Source: Octopus sinensis
Taxonomy: Eukaryota
Length of the DNA stretch: 64,000 nucleotides
Assembly: GCF_006345805.1 (NCBI RefSeq)
Contig: NC_043007.1
Coordinates: forward strand, 51,584,001 to 51,648,000
Direction of reading: 5' to 3'
Within the stretch, counting starts at the first letter, position 1. Each line of letters starts with the position of its first letter. Under the pieces are notes generated by a model. The model was not told the DNA's origin, searched no databases, and was given only the letters and a program-made list of their open reading frames with translations. Below are positions 30,031-43,440 of the stretch, in pieces. Both the position numbers and the translations under genes were made by a program.

Positions 30031-30294
30031 CGTATGTATGTATATATGTATGTATGTATGTATGCATGTATGTGTGTATGTATGTATGTATGTATGTATG
30101 TATGTATGTATGTTGTATGTATGTAGGTAGGTAGGTAGGTAGGTATGTATGTATGTAGGTATGTATGTAGGTATGTATGTACGTATGTATGTAAGTAGGT
30201 ATGTAAGTAGGTATGTATGTATAGATAGATATATAGATATATAGATAGATAGATAGATATAGATATATATGTGAATATACATTATATATATGTA

Positions 30295-30403
30295 TGGCCT
30301 GCTCGCTTAGCCAGCGGGGTGGCGTTATTTCAAGGCTAAAACAGTGCGAAGCGCATTGTGACCAGCGATGTGTAGCAACATCTGATAGTCTGGTGGGTCA
30401 CGG

Positions 30404-30405
<2 letters not shown>
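30295..30405 (+). mobile_element. SINE family S3, 3' fragment
   Basis: ggcctgctcgcttagccagcggggtggcg...tgtgaccagcgatgtgtagcaacatctgatag, as in the 44088 and 54903 copies. Confidence 0.8.
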
Positions 30406-30441
<36 letters not shown>

Positions 30442-30469
30442 TATATATATATGTATGTATATATTCTTT

Positions 30470-30695
30470 TACTTTTTACTCATTTCAGTCACTTGACTGC
30501 GGCTATGCAGGAGCACCGACATTAGTCAAACAAGTCTACCCCAGGACTTATTCTTTGTAAGCTTAGCACTTATTCTATCGGTCTCTTTTGCCGAACCGCT
30601 ATGTTACGGAACGTAAACACACCAACATCGGTTGTCAAGCGCTGGTGAGGAAACAAACACAGACAAATATATACACACATTTGTATGTATATATA

Positions 30696-30737
<42 letters not shown>

Positions 30738-30880
30738 GACGGGTTTCTTTCAGTTTCCGTCTACCAGATTCACTCACAAGGCTTTGGTCGGCCCCACGCT
30801 ATAGTAGAAGTCACGCAAGGTGCCATGCAGTGAGACTGAACCCGGAAGCACGTCTTTGGGGAACAAGCTTCTTACCACAC
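30470..30880 (-). mobile_element. SINE family S2 (bipartite, internal microsatellite)
   Basis: Reverse complement of the 43441-43822 copy. Confidence 0.85.
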
Positions 30881-30949
30881 AGCCACACTTTCGCCTATAT
30901 ATGTGTGTGTGAGTGTGTGCATGTATGTGTATCTGTGTGCGTATTTGTG

Positions 30950-31534
30950 TTTGATTGGTCAAAATAATGATGACGTCCCGTTCCACTTGATTAAAGCCAC
31001 CTAACGAAACGATTGGTCAAAACATTGATGACGTCACGCTACGCTAGATTGACCACCTAACAGGCATTATAAAACCAAGCATTTCACAAAAAATCACTAG
31101 AACTACCCAGCGAACTTCCACCATGGGTCATCACAATTGCTTAAGGTAAAAATGAATTCCTCGCTCTTTCGGAAACATCAATCTTCTGTATTGACCGCTT
31201 TCCACCACTTTGATCTGTTTTTTGTATTGAATACGTATCGCCACCGTGGGCCACTGCATCGAATACTTTGAACATATACTTCAAACTATATATCAACTAT
31301 ACATGAACTATATATCAACTATACATGAACTATATATCAACTATACATGAACTCTAAGATGTCTGACTCCGTTGTGTATTATAAATGAATTTCTTGTGTT
31401 TGACGGCATGAGCTGTCTCTTTTTATATATAACTTTTTTTGATAAGGTTCATTTCAGGAACTGAAACATGTTATAATGTATATATAAAAATTAAAAATTG
31501 TATAATACAGCAGCATTTTCGAACTTCATTTTTT

Positions 31535-31560
<26 letters not shown>
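30950..31560 (+). mobile_element. Non-coding pLTR/LTR-like element with promoter motifs and a 3' HHR-like motif
   Basis: Two ATTGG + TGACGTC modules, TATAAAA at 31068, and an HHR-like fold at 31434-31477. Bounded by microsatellites. Confidence 0.5.
31272..31343. repeat. 22-bp minisatellite x3 (aactatatatcaactatacatg)
   Basis: Three near-perfect tandem copies seen directly. Confidence 0.9.
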
Positions 31561-31572
<12 letters not shown>

Positions 31573-31843
31573 TATATACGTATGCATATATGCACATACA
31601 CACATACATATTTCCGCATACTTGTACACACATATAAATATACATATGTAGGTAAATATATCTATATATAGAGAGAAATATATATACATATGAACCTAAC
31701 CCATCATCTTAGCTACAAAATGCACATTTATAAATATTTACACTATTGAAAGTGATAGACATTGATACATAGAAACCATGAATATATATATGAGTGTATG
31801 TGTGTATACATATATATACATACATACATACATTCATATATGT

Positions 31844-31895
<52 letters not shown>

Positions 31896-32253
31896 CTAAT
31901 ACGCACACATATATACGCATCTCTCTCAATAGTGTGTATGTATATACATATGTATGTATATGTTCCCTAGATTACTGAAATGTTTTGTGTTGTGAATGTA
32001 GAGGTGTGTAGATTGTTAGCGTGTAGAGGTGAAGTGTGTTTTTGTCTAGCATATGAGAAACAATATGATTGACATATTTCTGACATGGGTTTTGTAAAAC
32101 ATGTCTGGGGAATTTTCGCCAATCGCCTTAGAAAAGGACCTCCCATTGAGAATCTGAATTCGCACAAACACACGTGTGTTTATATCACATTTATTTTGTC
32201 AACGTATGCATTTCGAGGGGTGGGATCTATGCGTGTATACATAGATAAATATG

Positions 32254-32333
<80 letters not shown>

Positions 32334-32337
32334 TATA

Positions 32338-32369
<32 letters not shown>

Positions 32370-32517
32370 ATGTATGTATTTATGTATTTATGTATTTATG
32401 TATGTACGTATGCATGTATGCATGTACGTATGTATGTACGTATGTATAGAGGTATATATGTATATATATTTATATATGTGTATGTATACATTTACATATT
32501 TATATGTATATATATAC

Positions 32518-32576
<59 letters not shown>

Positions 32577-33050
32577 ATATATATTATATAATATATATAT
32601 ATATATACATAGAGTGAGGTCTGTATATACAAACATAATTGTTGCCGGAGCCCTGTTCGTTACATGAGTAACTGAAATACATTTATTTAGGGCTAATTTC
32701 TTCTAATCCACACTCCCCGGAAAGGCATAAATTTATGTTATATCTGTTTAAACCCATAAATATATACACATATGTGTGTAAGTATATGTGTGTGTGTGTG
32801 TGTCTGTGTGAGGACGTGCGTGCGTATGTGTGTGCGCGCGTGCGTGCGCGCGCGATATTCTCTTCGTCAGATATCTGTCGATCTGCGGTTATGTTTCTAG
32901 CAAAAATATAAGAAATATTGTATATATATTTTCGGATATATGTGAAAATTTATAAGCTACAGGAAATTCATAGACAGACGTAAACGAACCATTTATACAC
33001 GCTCTCCCAGCCACTTATTTGCGTGCGTAATCTACTAGTGCCACCCTTCA

Positions 33051-33670
33051 CACATCAAACAGGATATTCCATATAGTAATGCAAGGTGTATCTGTGCAAT
33101 AATTGTTGATTCGGAAATACATTAAATTCGGCTCAATGAACTTAAAAGCTTCCCCCAACAACAACAAAAAACATAATTACCCCTTAAAATAGATAAATAA
33201 TTGAATTACAAAGGCAATGTCAATCCTGCAACTGAGAACACCCAAGAAAAAATTAACAAAAATACTATTCCATTTATCAGTACACATAATCCAGGAGTGA
33301 CCAACATTTTCCACACTATAGAAAACAAAACTTACAATACCCTTCGAGACCCCAAAATGAAAATCTGGTCGAGAAAAACCTTATACAAAACAGTAAACGT
33401 CAACCAAAAAAACCTTATAAAACATCTCATGAGGACAAAAGTCACATCAGATAATAATTCAGAATCTTCTGGGAAGGACTGTGGTGATAATAGATGTAGA
33501 TCATATAACAAAACTTCAAATATTGGGACACTAGTTTCTATATAAATTTCAAAAGTAAATGCAGATATGAATTGCAAATTACAGAATCCCACATACTGCA
33601 AAACTTGCCTTAATTGCAAAGAGAATTTTATTGGCGAACTCATCAATACCCTTTACCAACGTTCGCGCCA
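33051..33670 (+). mobile_element. Penelope-like element PLE2, thumb/linker/GIY-YIG remnant (probable 3' tail extends to ~35950)
   Basis: HIKQDIPYSNARCICAII, IPFISTHNP, KDCGDNRC and NPTYCKTCLNCKENFIGE (GIY-YIG-like). Followed by a long non-coding, CT-rich tail ending in an HHR remnant. Confidence 0.75.
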
Positions 33671-34279
33671 CTTTTCTCTCTTCTGGTTAATTATTCGCCC
33701 AAGCTATTTTCAAAACCCGAAGCTCCAATTTCTGACCACAACATAATAATTTAATAAGTCTTAGATTAAAATCTCCTATTCTACAACAACAAACTTGAGA
33801 TCTTTAATAGCACCCTCCAATAGGCGCAAACTAAGCTGCTTCACACTGGCCCCTAAGATCTATCCATCTGGACCCCAGCCCAAACCACATGATGATCATA
33901 CTACAACCCTCAGGAAGCCTACCCACTTTAATAGTAGCAACCCTGGTACTACCATCCCCACTACTAGCAACTGGACCACATATAACTGCTGTGATACCCA
34001 ACGTAAGTAATGATAGAATCTTTGGTCCTTTTTTGAGGATAACTGATCTAATGAACCCGACCGGAAAAGGATCACTCCTAAACTAGTTGGAAATCGTTAA
34101 ATTTCCGGGCCCCCTAACTTTATCTGTTGGATAGTTTTTGATTATAATGTAATGTAGTATATACATGCCGGTTAATATCACCATGTTCCCAACAAGCTAG
34201 GGTCTACATTGGCTGCACTGTTGATTTCAAGGACCGCTACTGACTCACATGAATTCGTTTACAAAATGAGCCTCTAGAC

Positions 34280-34783
34280 CAGTGTTTTCTAACCTATTCC
34301 CCCCAGGTCCCACGATAAATTTCCAGAAAAATGTATGCTCCCACCGGTGACTGGAACCAAATAACTTTATTTTCACTACTTTATCAGAATTATTTAATGC
34401 AAAACAATCTACCGGTAGGTCTTTTATTAAGTACTGATTACAAAGGAAAGTTCATAATTGACTTTGAAAACAAGAGTGAATGAATCACTTTAATGAGAAC
34501 CTCGTGTCGGACGCTTATGGCAGGTTTCCTTGCTTTGAGGAGACAATTTTGTTAGCTTCTGCAGTAAATCACATTTTGTAATTTCAAGTCTGTATCTCAA
34601 GCCACACTCAACGAAACAAGTCATGGGGAAATGAATCAAAAGTTTTTATGCTGAACTTTGGTGATATCTACTAGCAATGGTTGAGTTAATCAAGAGGTTG
34701 TGAAAAATTTTTTTCACAATTCCATGTCCCCCTAAAAATATAGAAAAAAATTGTGATCCCATGCCCCATTTTGAAAATCACTG
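34280..34783 (-). mobile_element. hAT (Charlie-like) deletion derivative
   Basis: TIRs cagtgttttctaa and tttgaaaatcactg. 8-bp TSD ctctagac/ttctagac. Minus-strand remnant LLIHFPMTCFVECG...KLTKLSPQSKE..RGSH* resembles the hAT C-terminal dimerisation domain. Confidence 0.85.
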
Positions 34784-35669
34784 TTCTAGACTTTCCACCT
34801 TCCCCTAACTATATGCATACAGAACCTCAAGTCTTGAAATATTCCCTATATAATCCTACTCCATTGTTTGTGAGATTTCCCTGTACAATACTAACCACAT
34901 GTTTATTAATTGTGTTTAAGAGAGTCACTCGCTATCCTTCGTGACCGTAACACCTCATTATTGAATAGGATATCTCACGTAATCTTTTCATATAGGTACA
35001 AATTTTACTCCATTTTCGGCCATTACGCAAAGTCTCTAGAGTCTCTCCTAATTATGATTAATCCCCAGCTTATCACTTAGCTATGCTAGCAGCATATTCC
35101 TTCTCTTTATCTTTCTCTCTCCCTCTCTCCCTCTCTCTTCTTTCTCTATTCTCTTTGTTCATATCTCCATATTTCAGCATATCTTCCTCAGCCGTTACAC
35201 TATCCTTATTCCTTGAATTCTTTTCTTGCTTCTTTCCATGTTTTTGTATAACCAGCTCCCATTCTTTATTTACTCAAAGTCTACTCCTCGCTATTCTTCT
35301 CGTACCTTTCTCTCTACCTCAGCAGCCTTTCACCTCCGCTAACTAGTAATCATCGATAATTGATTTAAGGTGATTAACAGCATACCCGACCACCAGTGGC
35401 GCCTCCTTTCGCTATACTGAACTTATCTTACCCCTTCTCATCCTCCCTTCCGTCTCATCTCTTTTACTTCTATTCACTCCTCCGATTACTGACTTACCTC
35501 TCCCTCTCCCCGCCTTGTATTTATTCCTGCTCTTCCTCTATTTCTCTACTCCCCCTCCTTAAGATGCTTACACCCTCCTTCTCCCTGCCTTTTATTTTTT
35601 TTCCCTTTTCTCCCTTCAACTTTTAAATCTTACGCACTACAATTTGAACTGCTATTGCCAATGTTTTTT

Positions 35670-35816
35670 CTCCTGATGAAGGAAGCCGCTCTTATGATAA
35701 TATTACTAATTGACCATTTACTGGTTGCATATCCATGACGTTTTGCATATTCTATCTACTAATTATGAAAATTACGATAATTAGGTCATTCCAAACTTCC
35801 AGAACCAGCTGTCGAG
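35670..35816 (+). ncRNA. Degenerate type I hammerhead motif with a 110-nt loop 2
   Basis: CUC-CUGAUGA-A-GGAAG...CUUCC-AGAA-CCAGCUG-UC-GAG. The GAAA motif is mutated to AGAA. Confidence 0.5.
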
Positions 35817-36306
35817 TTAAAAACTATGTATTCTCTCCTTACTATTCTGAATTTGTTTTTATTCTATGTAAATTTTTTGTCTGTATATATACAAATATCT
35901 ATATGACTTTACATATATGTTTATCTTCAGATTTAGAAGATATTTAGTTATATGTATCATTATATATCACTAGAGGTTTATATATATATATATATATATA
36001 TATCAAACCAAATCGTGTTTATATGAATCACTATCTCAATATAATTCACGTACGTACATTTCGCTGTGTATCTATTTGTACCCAACCCTTGACGACTAGT
36101 GTTGGTTTATTTCAGTCCCTGTAACCTAGTGTGTCAGCATAAGAGATCCATAGAATAAGTACCAGACTTTAAAACAATTAAATACTTGAGTTGATTCGTG
36201 TAACTATATCCAGAAAATGTCTGTAAATATGTATATATCTTTTTATGTGTATATTTCATGTGTGTGTATATATATATATATGCTTGTATGTATGTATATA
36301 TATATA

Positions 36307-36824
36307 CAGGGGGATTGAATAATAACCCCCAATTTTAAAATACTTATAAATTATTAATTGTAATTTTTACAAAAAATGGATATCAGAGGAAAGCTTTTAG
36401 TATGGGGTTTCATTAGAAATATGATTTGGTTTCCTGATGTCGCCACCAGCTTCTTGAATCATCCAATAATTGCGTCAACTAATTTCACCAGAAACTCTAA
36501 TGGGACGGGAGCAGATATAACTTCTCATAATCACCATTCGAGTTCTCCCAAAGTCTTTGGCTTGGCACATTAGACTTGTTCTTTTAACCAACCCGAAAGA
36601 AAAAAGTCACAGGGTATTAACTTGTGAATTCTGATTGGCCACTCATGCGGACAACATTGACCCATCCATCTCCAGGGAAAGTGGGCATTCAGTGATTTGT
36701 GAATGACATGAGCAATACAATTAAAGAATAAATTCTCATACTTCAAAATAAAAATTGAGAAAAAAATTGCAATTAAAATATTCACAAGTATTTCAAAATA
36801 AGGTGTTACTTTTCAACCACCCTG
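36307..36824 (-). mobile_element. Tc1/mariner deletion derivative (copy 1)
   Basis: Ends cagggggattgaa and ttcaaccaccctg with TA flanks. Translation WPIRIHKLIPCDFFLSGWLKEQV is a WPxRSPDLTPCDFFLWG-like motif. Confidence 0.8.
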
Positions 36825-36886
36825 TATATGTGTGTGTTTATGTGTGAACATATGTGTATATATATGTGCATATATATATGTGCATA

Positions 36887-36918
<32 letters not shown>

Positions 36919-37221
36919 CAAACCAAATCGTGTTTATATGAATCACTATCTCAATATAATTCACGTACGTACATTTCGCTGTGTATCTATTTGTACCCAA
37001 CCCTTGACGACTAGTGTTGGTTTATTTCAGTCCTGTAACCTAGTGGTGTCAGCATAAGAGATCCATAGAATAAGTACCAGACTTTAAAACAATTAAATAC
37101 TTGAGTTGATTCGTGTAACTATATCCAGAAAATGTCTGTAAATATGTATATATCTTTTTATGTGTATATTTCATGTGTGTGTATATATATATATATGCTT
37201 GTATGTATGTATATATATATA

Positions 37222-37739
37222 CAGGGGGATTGAATAATAACCCCCAATTTTAAAATACTTATAAATTATTAATTGTAATTTTTACAAAAAATGGATATCA
37301 GAGGAAAGCTTTTAGTATGGGGTTTCATTAGAAATATGATTTGGTTTCCTGATGTCGCCACCAGCTTCTTGAATCATCCAATAATTGCGTCAACTAATTT
37401 CACCAGAAACTCTAATGGGACGGGAGCAGATATAACTTCTCATAATCACCATTCGAGTTCTCCCAAAGTCTTTGGCTTGGCACATTAGACTTGTTCTTTT
37501 AACCAACCCGAAAGAAAAAAGTCACAGGGTATTAACTTGTGAATTCTGATTGGCCACTCATGCGGACAACATTGACCCATCCATCTCCAGGGAAAGTGGG
37601 CATTCAGTGATTTGTGAATGACATGAGCAATACAATTAAAGAATAAATTCTCATACTTCAAAATAAAAATTGAGAAAAAAATTGCAATTAAAATATTCAC
37701 AAGTATTTCAAAATAAGGTGTTACTTTTCAACCACCCTG
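37222..37739 (-). mobile_element. Tc1/mariner deletion derivative (copy 2, part of the duplication)
   Basis: Essentially identical to 36307-36824. Confidence 0.8.
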
Positions 37740-37793
37740 TATATGTGTGTGTTTATGTGTGAACATATGTGTATATATATGTGCATATATATA

Positions 37794-37834
<41 letters not shown>

Positions 37835-37994
37835 TAATATACACTTCCCTGCACCCACACCATCATTCACACACCTACACATGCACACACGAACACGTCA
37901 ATGTTACCAGCCCCCTTCTACACGCACATACACGCTCTCACATACACATGTACGCGCACCTTCGTTTTGGGGTCACCACTACTTTATTACCTCC

Positions 37995-38360
37995 CCTTCT
38001 TCCTTACCAACCACATGGTTCCGGGTTCAGTCCCACTGTGTGACACATTGGGCAACTGTCTTCAACTATAGTCTCGGGCCGACTAAAGCCTTGTGGGTTG
38101 GTTTGGTAGACGGAAACTGAAAGAAGCCCGTCGTATATATATATATATGTGGGGGGGAAGGTGTTTCCGTCTGTGTTTGTCCCCCACCCCACCCGATATT
38201 GCTTCATGTGTTCACGGTCTCTTAAATTTGCCTTTCAGCAAAGAGACCAGTGGAATAACTACTAGGCTTACAAAGAATAAGTCCTGGAGTCGATTTGCTC
38301 AACTAAAGGCGGTGCTCCAGCATTGCCGCAGTCAAATGACTGAAACAAATGAAAGAATAA
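37995..38360 (+). mobile_element. SINE family S2
   Basis: cttaccaaccacatggttccgggttcagtcccactg...ggtagacggaaactgaaagaagcccgtcg...ggcggtgctccagcat. Confidence 0.85.
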
Positions 38361-38877
38361 AAAAATATATATGCATAGACACATATATTTATTATATATG
38401 TATATGTATACACACACACATACACACATACGTATATATCCCGACGCATATATATACACACACACGTGCACACACACGTGCACACACACACACACACACA
38501 CACATACATACGCATACACGAATGTAATCATATGTACCCTCAGTCATTTCTCCTCGGCTATTTTTCAGCTAAAACAAAAAAAAACACGAGTACGCAGGCC
38601 GACCCCTAGAAAAGGGCTCAAGACAAGAAATAAAGTATATAATTGCTGAAAACCTCAATATTAAAGAGCGAAATAGAACATTGTGTTACAGAAGCCAGCG
38701 CCACATTGTCTGCGAGCAACGTTTCTGGTACGTAGGTCTGTATACATACATTTGCATATATATACATACATTTACTACTGATGCACGAATCTACTATATA
38801 ATTTCAAATTAGCTACACACATGCCCATGAATTCATATGTGCATGTGTGTGTGTGGGGGCATGTATATATGTATGTA

Positions 38878-38961
<84 letters not shown>

Positions 38962-40113
38962 CACGCACACATAAATCTACAGACGGTGCCTTAAAAATGT
39001 TTTCAATAATATATTACATAAGGTATACCCTTTTAAGACGTATACATTTAGCACGTTATATTTGCCACGAAGTAAGCAAACAAGTTACACCAACATTTTT
39101 ATTTTCCTCTCTAGAGTGGAAAAGTGAAGCAATCTAACTAGTTTCTAATCTTGTTAGACTTTCGTGCTCCATAAATTTATTCATGAGCCTTATCAAGCCA
39201 ATTACTGTTATATAAACTATAAATTTATTTTAATCATTTTCATTTAATAATATACTGTGTGTGGATGATCCTGCGTTAATTTTGAATGTTTTCTACTAAC
39301 ATTTTAGTTATATTGATGGAGATTTGAACCGAACAATTTTGAAACATTTGTTACTATAAACTGTGGAAGATTTGGTGCGAAATAGATGTCTTTATATATG
39401 CGTATTGCTAGTTTGTTATCGGCAATGAGAGCTATGACGAAGATTTCTTTTAAAGTATAGAAATTCAAATACTTACATCAGACTTCCTCCAGAAACGTTG
39501 AGAAACGGAACAGCTCCAAATTATCCATTTATACTTGGAAATAAAAAGGAAACATCAGAATTAAATTCGACACCAATTGTGATATTCTCTATAACTAAAC
39601 TTTACGTAGCGAAACTTGAATAGAGAATATTTGGAAATCTTAACTACAACTCTCATAGGTTTCTTGTTCTTGCATAACAAAAGTATTGTAAGTGAGATGT
39701 GATGTATCCATTGCGGGCCCAGATACTCACAATGCAGCAAATTACTGTTTAAGTAGGCAGTAGACAAAAACTGACAAAAGAGATGCGGCAGAGTACTGGT
39801 AGTGTCGAGGGAGAGGCAGTTGTGTTCGGCAGACTCGTTAAGAAGATGGATAACTAACTTTGCAATGTTCACTTCCATGCCTTTTGCATTCTGAGTTCAA
39901 ATTCCTGGATTGATAAACTATGCTGCAGTGGAGTTGTAATGTCACATAAATATGGAGAATAGCCATTTCACATTACTGTAACATTGTCACAAAGAATAAG
40001 ACGCTATCATAAAGTAGTGCTGCCCTTAACAACTCAGCCTTGGGAAGATATTTAATTGTAACCCCTGTCTTTCCTTCCCGTTTTAAACCCATCTGTATGT
40101 CTGTCTCTTTCTC

Positions 40114-40174
<61 letters not shown>

Positions 40175-40296
40175 CAGACACACGTATGCATACACACATA
40201 TGTGTGTCTGCATATATAGATAATATTTTTATCATATAAGTGTAAGTATATAATGTTTATCTATAGAGACAGACAGGCACACATATGGATAAATAA

Positions 40297-40356
<60 letters not shown>

Positions 40357-40364
40357 GCAAGGGC

Positions 40365-40473
40365 GCAGCTTTATGGTAAGAAATTTGCATTCCAACGACA
40401 TGATTCTGTGTTCAGTCTCAGTCGTAGCATCTTTGGCAAGTGTCTACTACCGCCCGGGCTAAACTCATTGTAC

Positions 40474-40516
<43 letters not shown>

Positions 40517-40745
40517 GCGCGCGTGTGTGTGTATGTATGTGTGTGTGTTTGTGTTTGCCTCCTACTATTCCTTGGTATTTGCTGATGGTTTGCTTACGTC
40601 TCTGTAAAGCTACTGGTTCGGCCAATGAGATCGATACAGTAACAACCATGTTTAAAAATATAGGACGATGGTTGATTCGTTCTATGCAGTGCCCCAGCAT
40701 GGCTACAATCAAATGACTAAAGCAAGTAAAATATAAAAGATATAC
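40365..40745 (+). mobile_element. SINE family S2, diverged copy
   Basis: Head and 3' halves are recognisable around an internal (TG)n. Confidence 0.7.
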
Positions 40746-40831
40746 ACTGGATCTCAAGTGGTGGTTGTGGTCATAAACAGACACACACACATGCACACAT
40801 ACATGTGTTTGTGTGTGTGTGTGTGAGTATG

Positions 40832-40872
<41 letters not shown>

Positions 40873-41914
40873 GCTTTTATCTATCAATTTTCCCTCATAC
40901 CAGAATGTATTATTTATTCCTCCTCTCAATAATCACACAACATTGGAATTGCTAGCATTTATTCTTTCTCTGGAATGAATACCCCTCAATATACTGAACA
41001 ACATATATCCAATAGATAACTATTACTTTCCTATCATTTCTCTCATCAGAATGATTTGCCTCAAGGAGATCCGTTGCCGATTTTGACGTATGAGGTATCG
41101 AAAGATTCAGTAATCTTTCAAATAAAGTATGTTTTTATTTTTTTGCACAACAACTCTTTTTTACTACAAAAATAACCTTGAAACGAGGTTGGGTCGCACA
41201 ATTTTGAGGTCTTTAGCAAAGGGAGACAACTCTGCCTAAACACTCTTTGTCTTATAGCATTATGAGAAAATGTTTAAAATCCATTGAGTTTTACCATGGA
41301 ATGAAACTTCGAAGATATACCGTCAACTTTATTAGTATTATTTAGTAGATAATCTTTTAATGTGAAGTATGTTTGTCTGTGTTTTGTTTAACCCAGAATT
41401 AACTCTGATGTAGCAAACCCATTGCATCGTTTGTTTTTTCTTCCTGAAATACTATAAACCTGTGTCTTTCTCAGAATATTTTGCGCAATAATTTTTTGAA
41501 AAATCTGGACATCTTCCTTACTGCTAACTATTCAGCTTCAAATTACAATTGTTACTTGTTGGAAGTCAAGTAGAATGAGATATACATATAGTTTTATCGC
41601 ATAGAGTGGAAGTTCAATACGAAGTTTTGAACTCATTATCTTGTGGTTAGTAATCCATTACCTTAAATTTGAAGCCATTAAGTCTTTAAACACTATTTTA
41701 CTAGAGATAGTCTTTGCGAGTGTCACCCTGATGGGGTATCGCCTTCAAGAATTTGATTGATTATACTGACCCAGTTTGTGCTTCAATCTGGGATTTATTT
41801 TATAGATTTCTGCTTGATGAACTGCTAACTTTGAGACATAGTGAGACACAAAACTCGATTTAACAACAAATGTAAACACACACACACACACACACAACCA
41901 CACACACACACACA

Positions 41915-42070
41915 TTAGGTGCAAGTATGACTGGGTGGTTGAGAAGTTTGCTTCCCAACCACAAGGTTTCATGTTCAGTCCCTCTGCATGGTACCTTGGG
42001 CAAATATATTTCTACTATAGCCCTACGTCAACCACAGACTTGTGACTGAATTTGGTAGAAGGAAACTGCA
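41915..42070 (+). mobile_element. SINE family S2 head
   Basis: gactgggtggttgagaagtttgcttcccaaccac...ggtagaaggaaactg. Confidence 0.7.
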
Positions 42071-42351
42071 GCGTTCTCCATCAGAAAATGAGCGAAAATA
42101 TGTTTATAAAGGAGAGTTGTTTGTTTCATACTTTCCGTGTGTTGGTTCTTTCCATAAGAAAGGAACAAATAATATAATGTGGCAGTAGGTCATAACACCC
42201 GGACAACGCCAGTGCATTGATAGTGTGTGTATATATATATAACGGGAAGCTTTATGAAAATAGACAAAAGACGAAGGCAGGTGGGAAACAAACAAACAAT
42301 TGTATTATTATGGCGCTCAGGAAATATAAATAAAACAAGTCTGTATATATA

Positions 42352-42441
<90 letters not shown>

Positions 42442-42472
42442 GATATATATATATTATATATATTATATATAT

Positions 42473-42512
<40 letters not shown>

Positions 42513-42527
42513 CATATATATAATAAT

Positions 42528-42566
<39 letters not shown>

Positions 42567-42589
42567 TAAAAAAGAAGGAAAACGCTACT

Positions 42590-42885
42590 ATATAAGATAA
42601 TTTTAATTTTCTTAGAAATTTTACGTTTCGGTTCTTCTTGAAAAAACGAACCTTATCCAAAATATTTTTAAAAGTTAAGTGTAATAAAAATTTCATAATT
42701 GTTTCTTACTAGTCTCAACAGAGACCACGTGGTGGTTTTTTGAGAGGGGGAGCATAATAGCTGTCTTATGTGTGACTAGATACCTTGGCTGAAGTTGGGG
42801 AAATGACCAATGGCCGAAATAGCAGACGTAGCAGAAACATGTAAAATTTCTAAGTAATTTAAAATTTACCTTATATAGTAGCGTT
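42590..42885. mobile_element. Penelope-type terminal repeat fragment with ~40-bp inverted ends
   Basis: The left part is homologous to the PLE3 3' end (46851-47010). The right part, gaaacatgtaaaatttctaag, is its inverted copy. Confidence 0.6.
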
Positions 42886-42928
42886 TTCAAACTTCTTTCT
42901 ATAATATATACCCATTCGTATACCACCT

Positions 42929-43028
42929 NNNNNNNNNNNNNNNNNNNNNNNNNNNNNNNNNNNNNNNNNNNNNNNNNNNNNNNNNNNNNNNNNNNNNNNN
43001 NNNNNNNNNNNNNNNNNNNNNNNNNNNN
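42929..43028. other. Assembly gap (100 N)
   Basis: Run of N; the round size suggests a placeholder. Confidence 0.99.
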
Positions 43029-43063
43029 GTTCTAGTCCTGTAGAAGCTCCTTCTATATAATAA

Positions 43064-43097
<34 letters not shown>

Positions 43098-43440
43098 GGG
43101 AGACAGAGAGAGAGAGAGAGAGAGAGGGAGGGCGAGAGAGAGTGTGTGAGAGAGAGAGAGAGAGAGGGTTAATTAGAGAGACGGATGATAGAAGATACGA
43201 GAATTTTTATTAATCTCTACAATTGTTTCGAGCCGTCTGACTTCGATCCCTCACGGGTGGGATACTCAATAAATGCTTCAAGAGTATCCGACGATGTAGA
43301 TGTGTCTCTTCGGTGATAAATAGATATAACTCGTTAAAATAACAGTTCCGCAAGGTATCTTCTCTGTTCGTGTAGAGAATAGTAACAAATTAAAGGATAT
43401 AGCTTTGTTTATATAGATCAATAATAAAAAATAACATATA

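Larger units (their letters stand above)
35985..37830. repeat. Near-identical 915-bp tandem duplication
   Basis: The same ORFs occur at 36376/37291 and 36570/37485 (offset 915). Breakpoints fall in (TA)n tracts. Confidence 0.92.
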
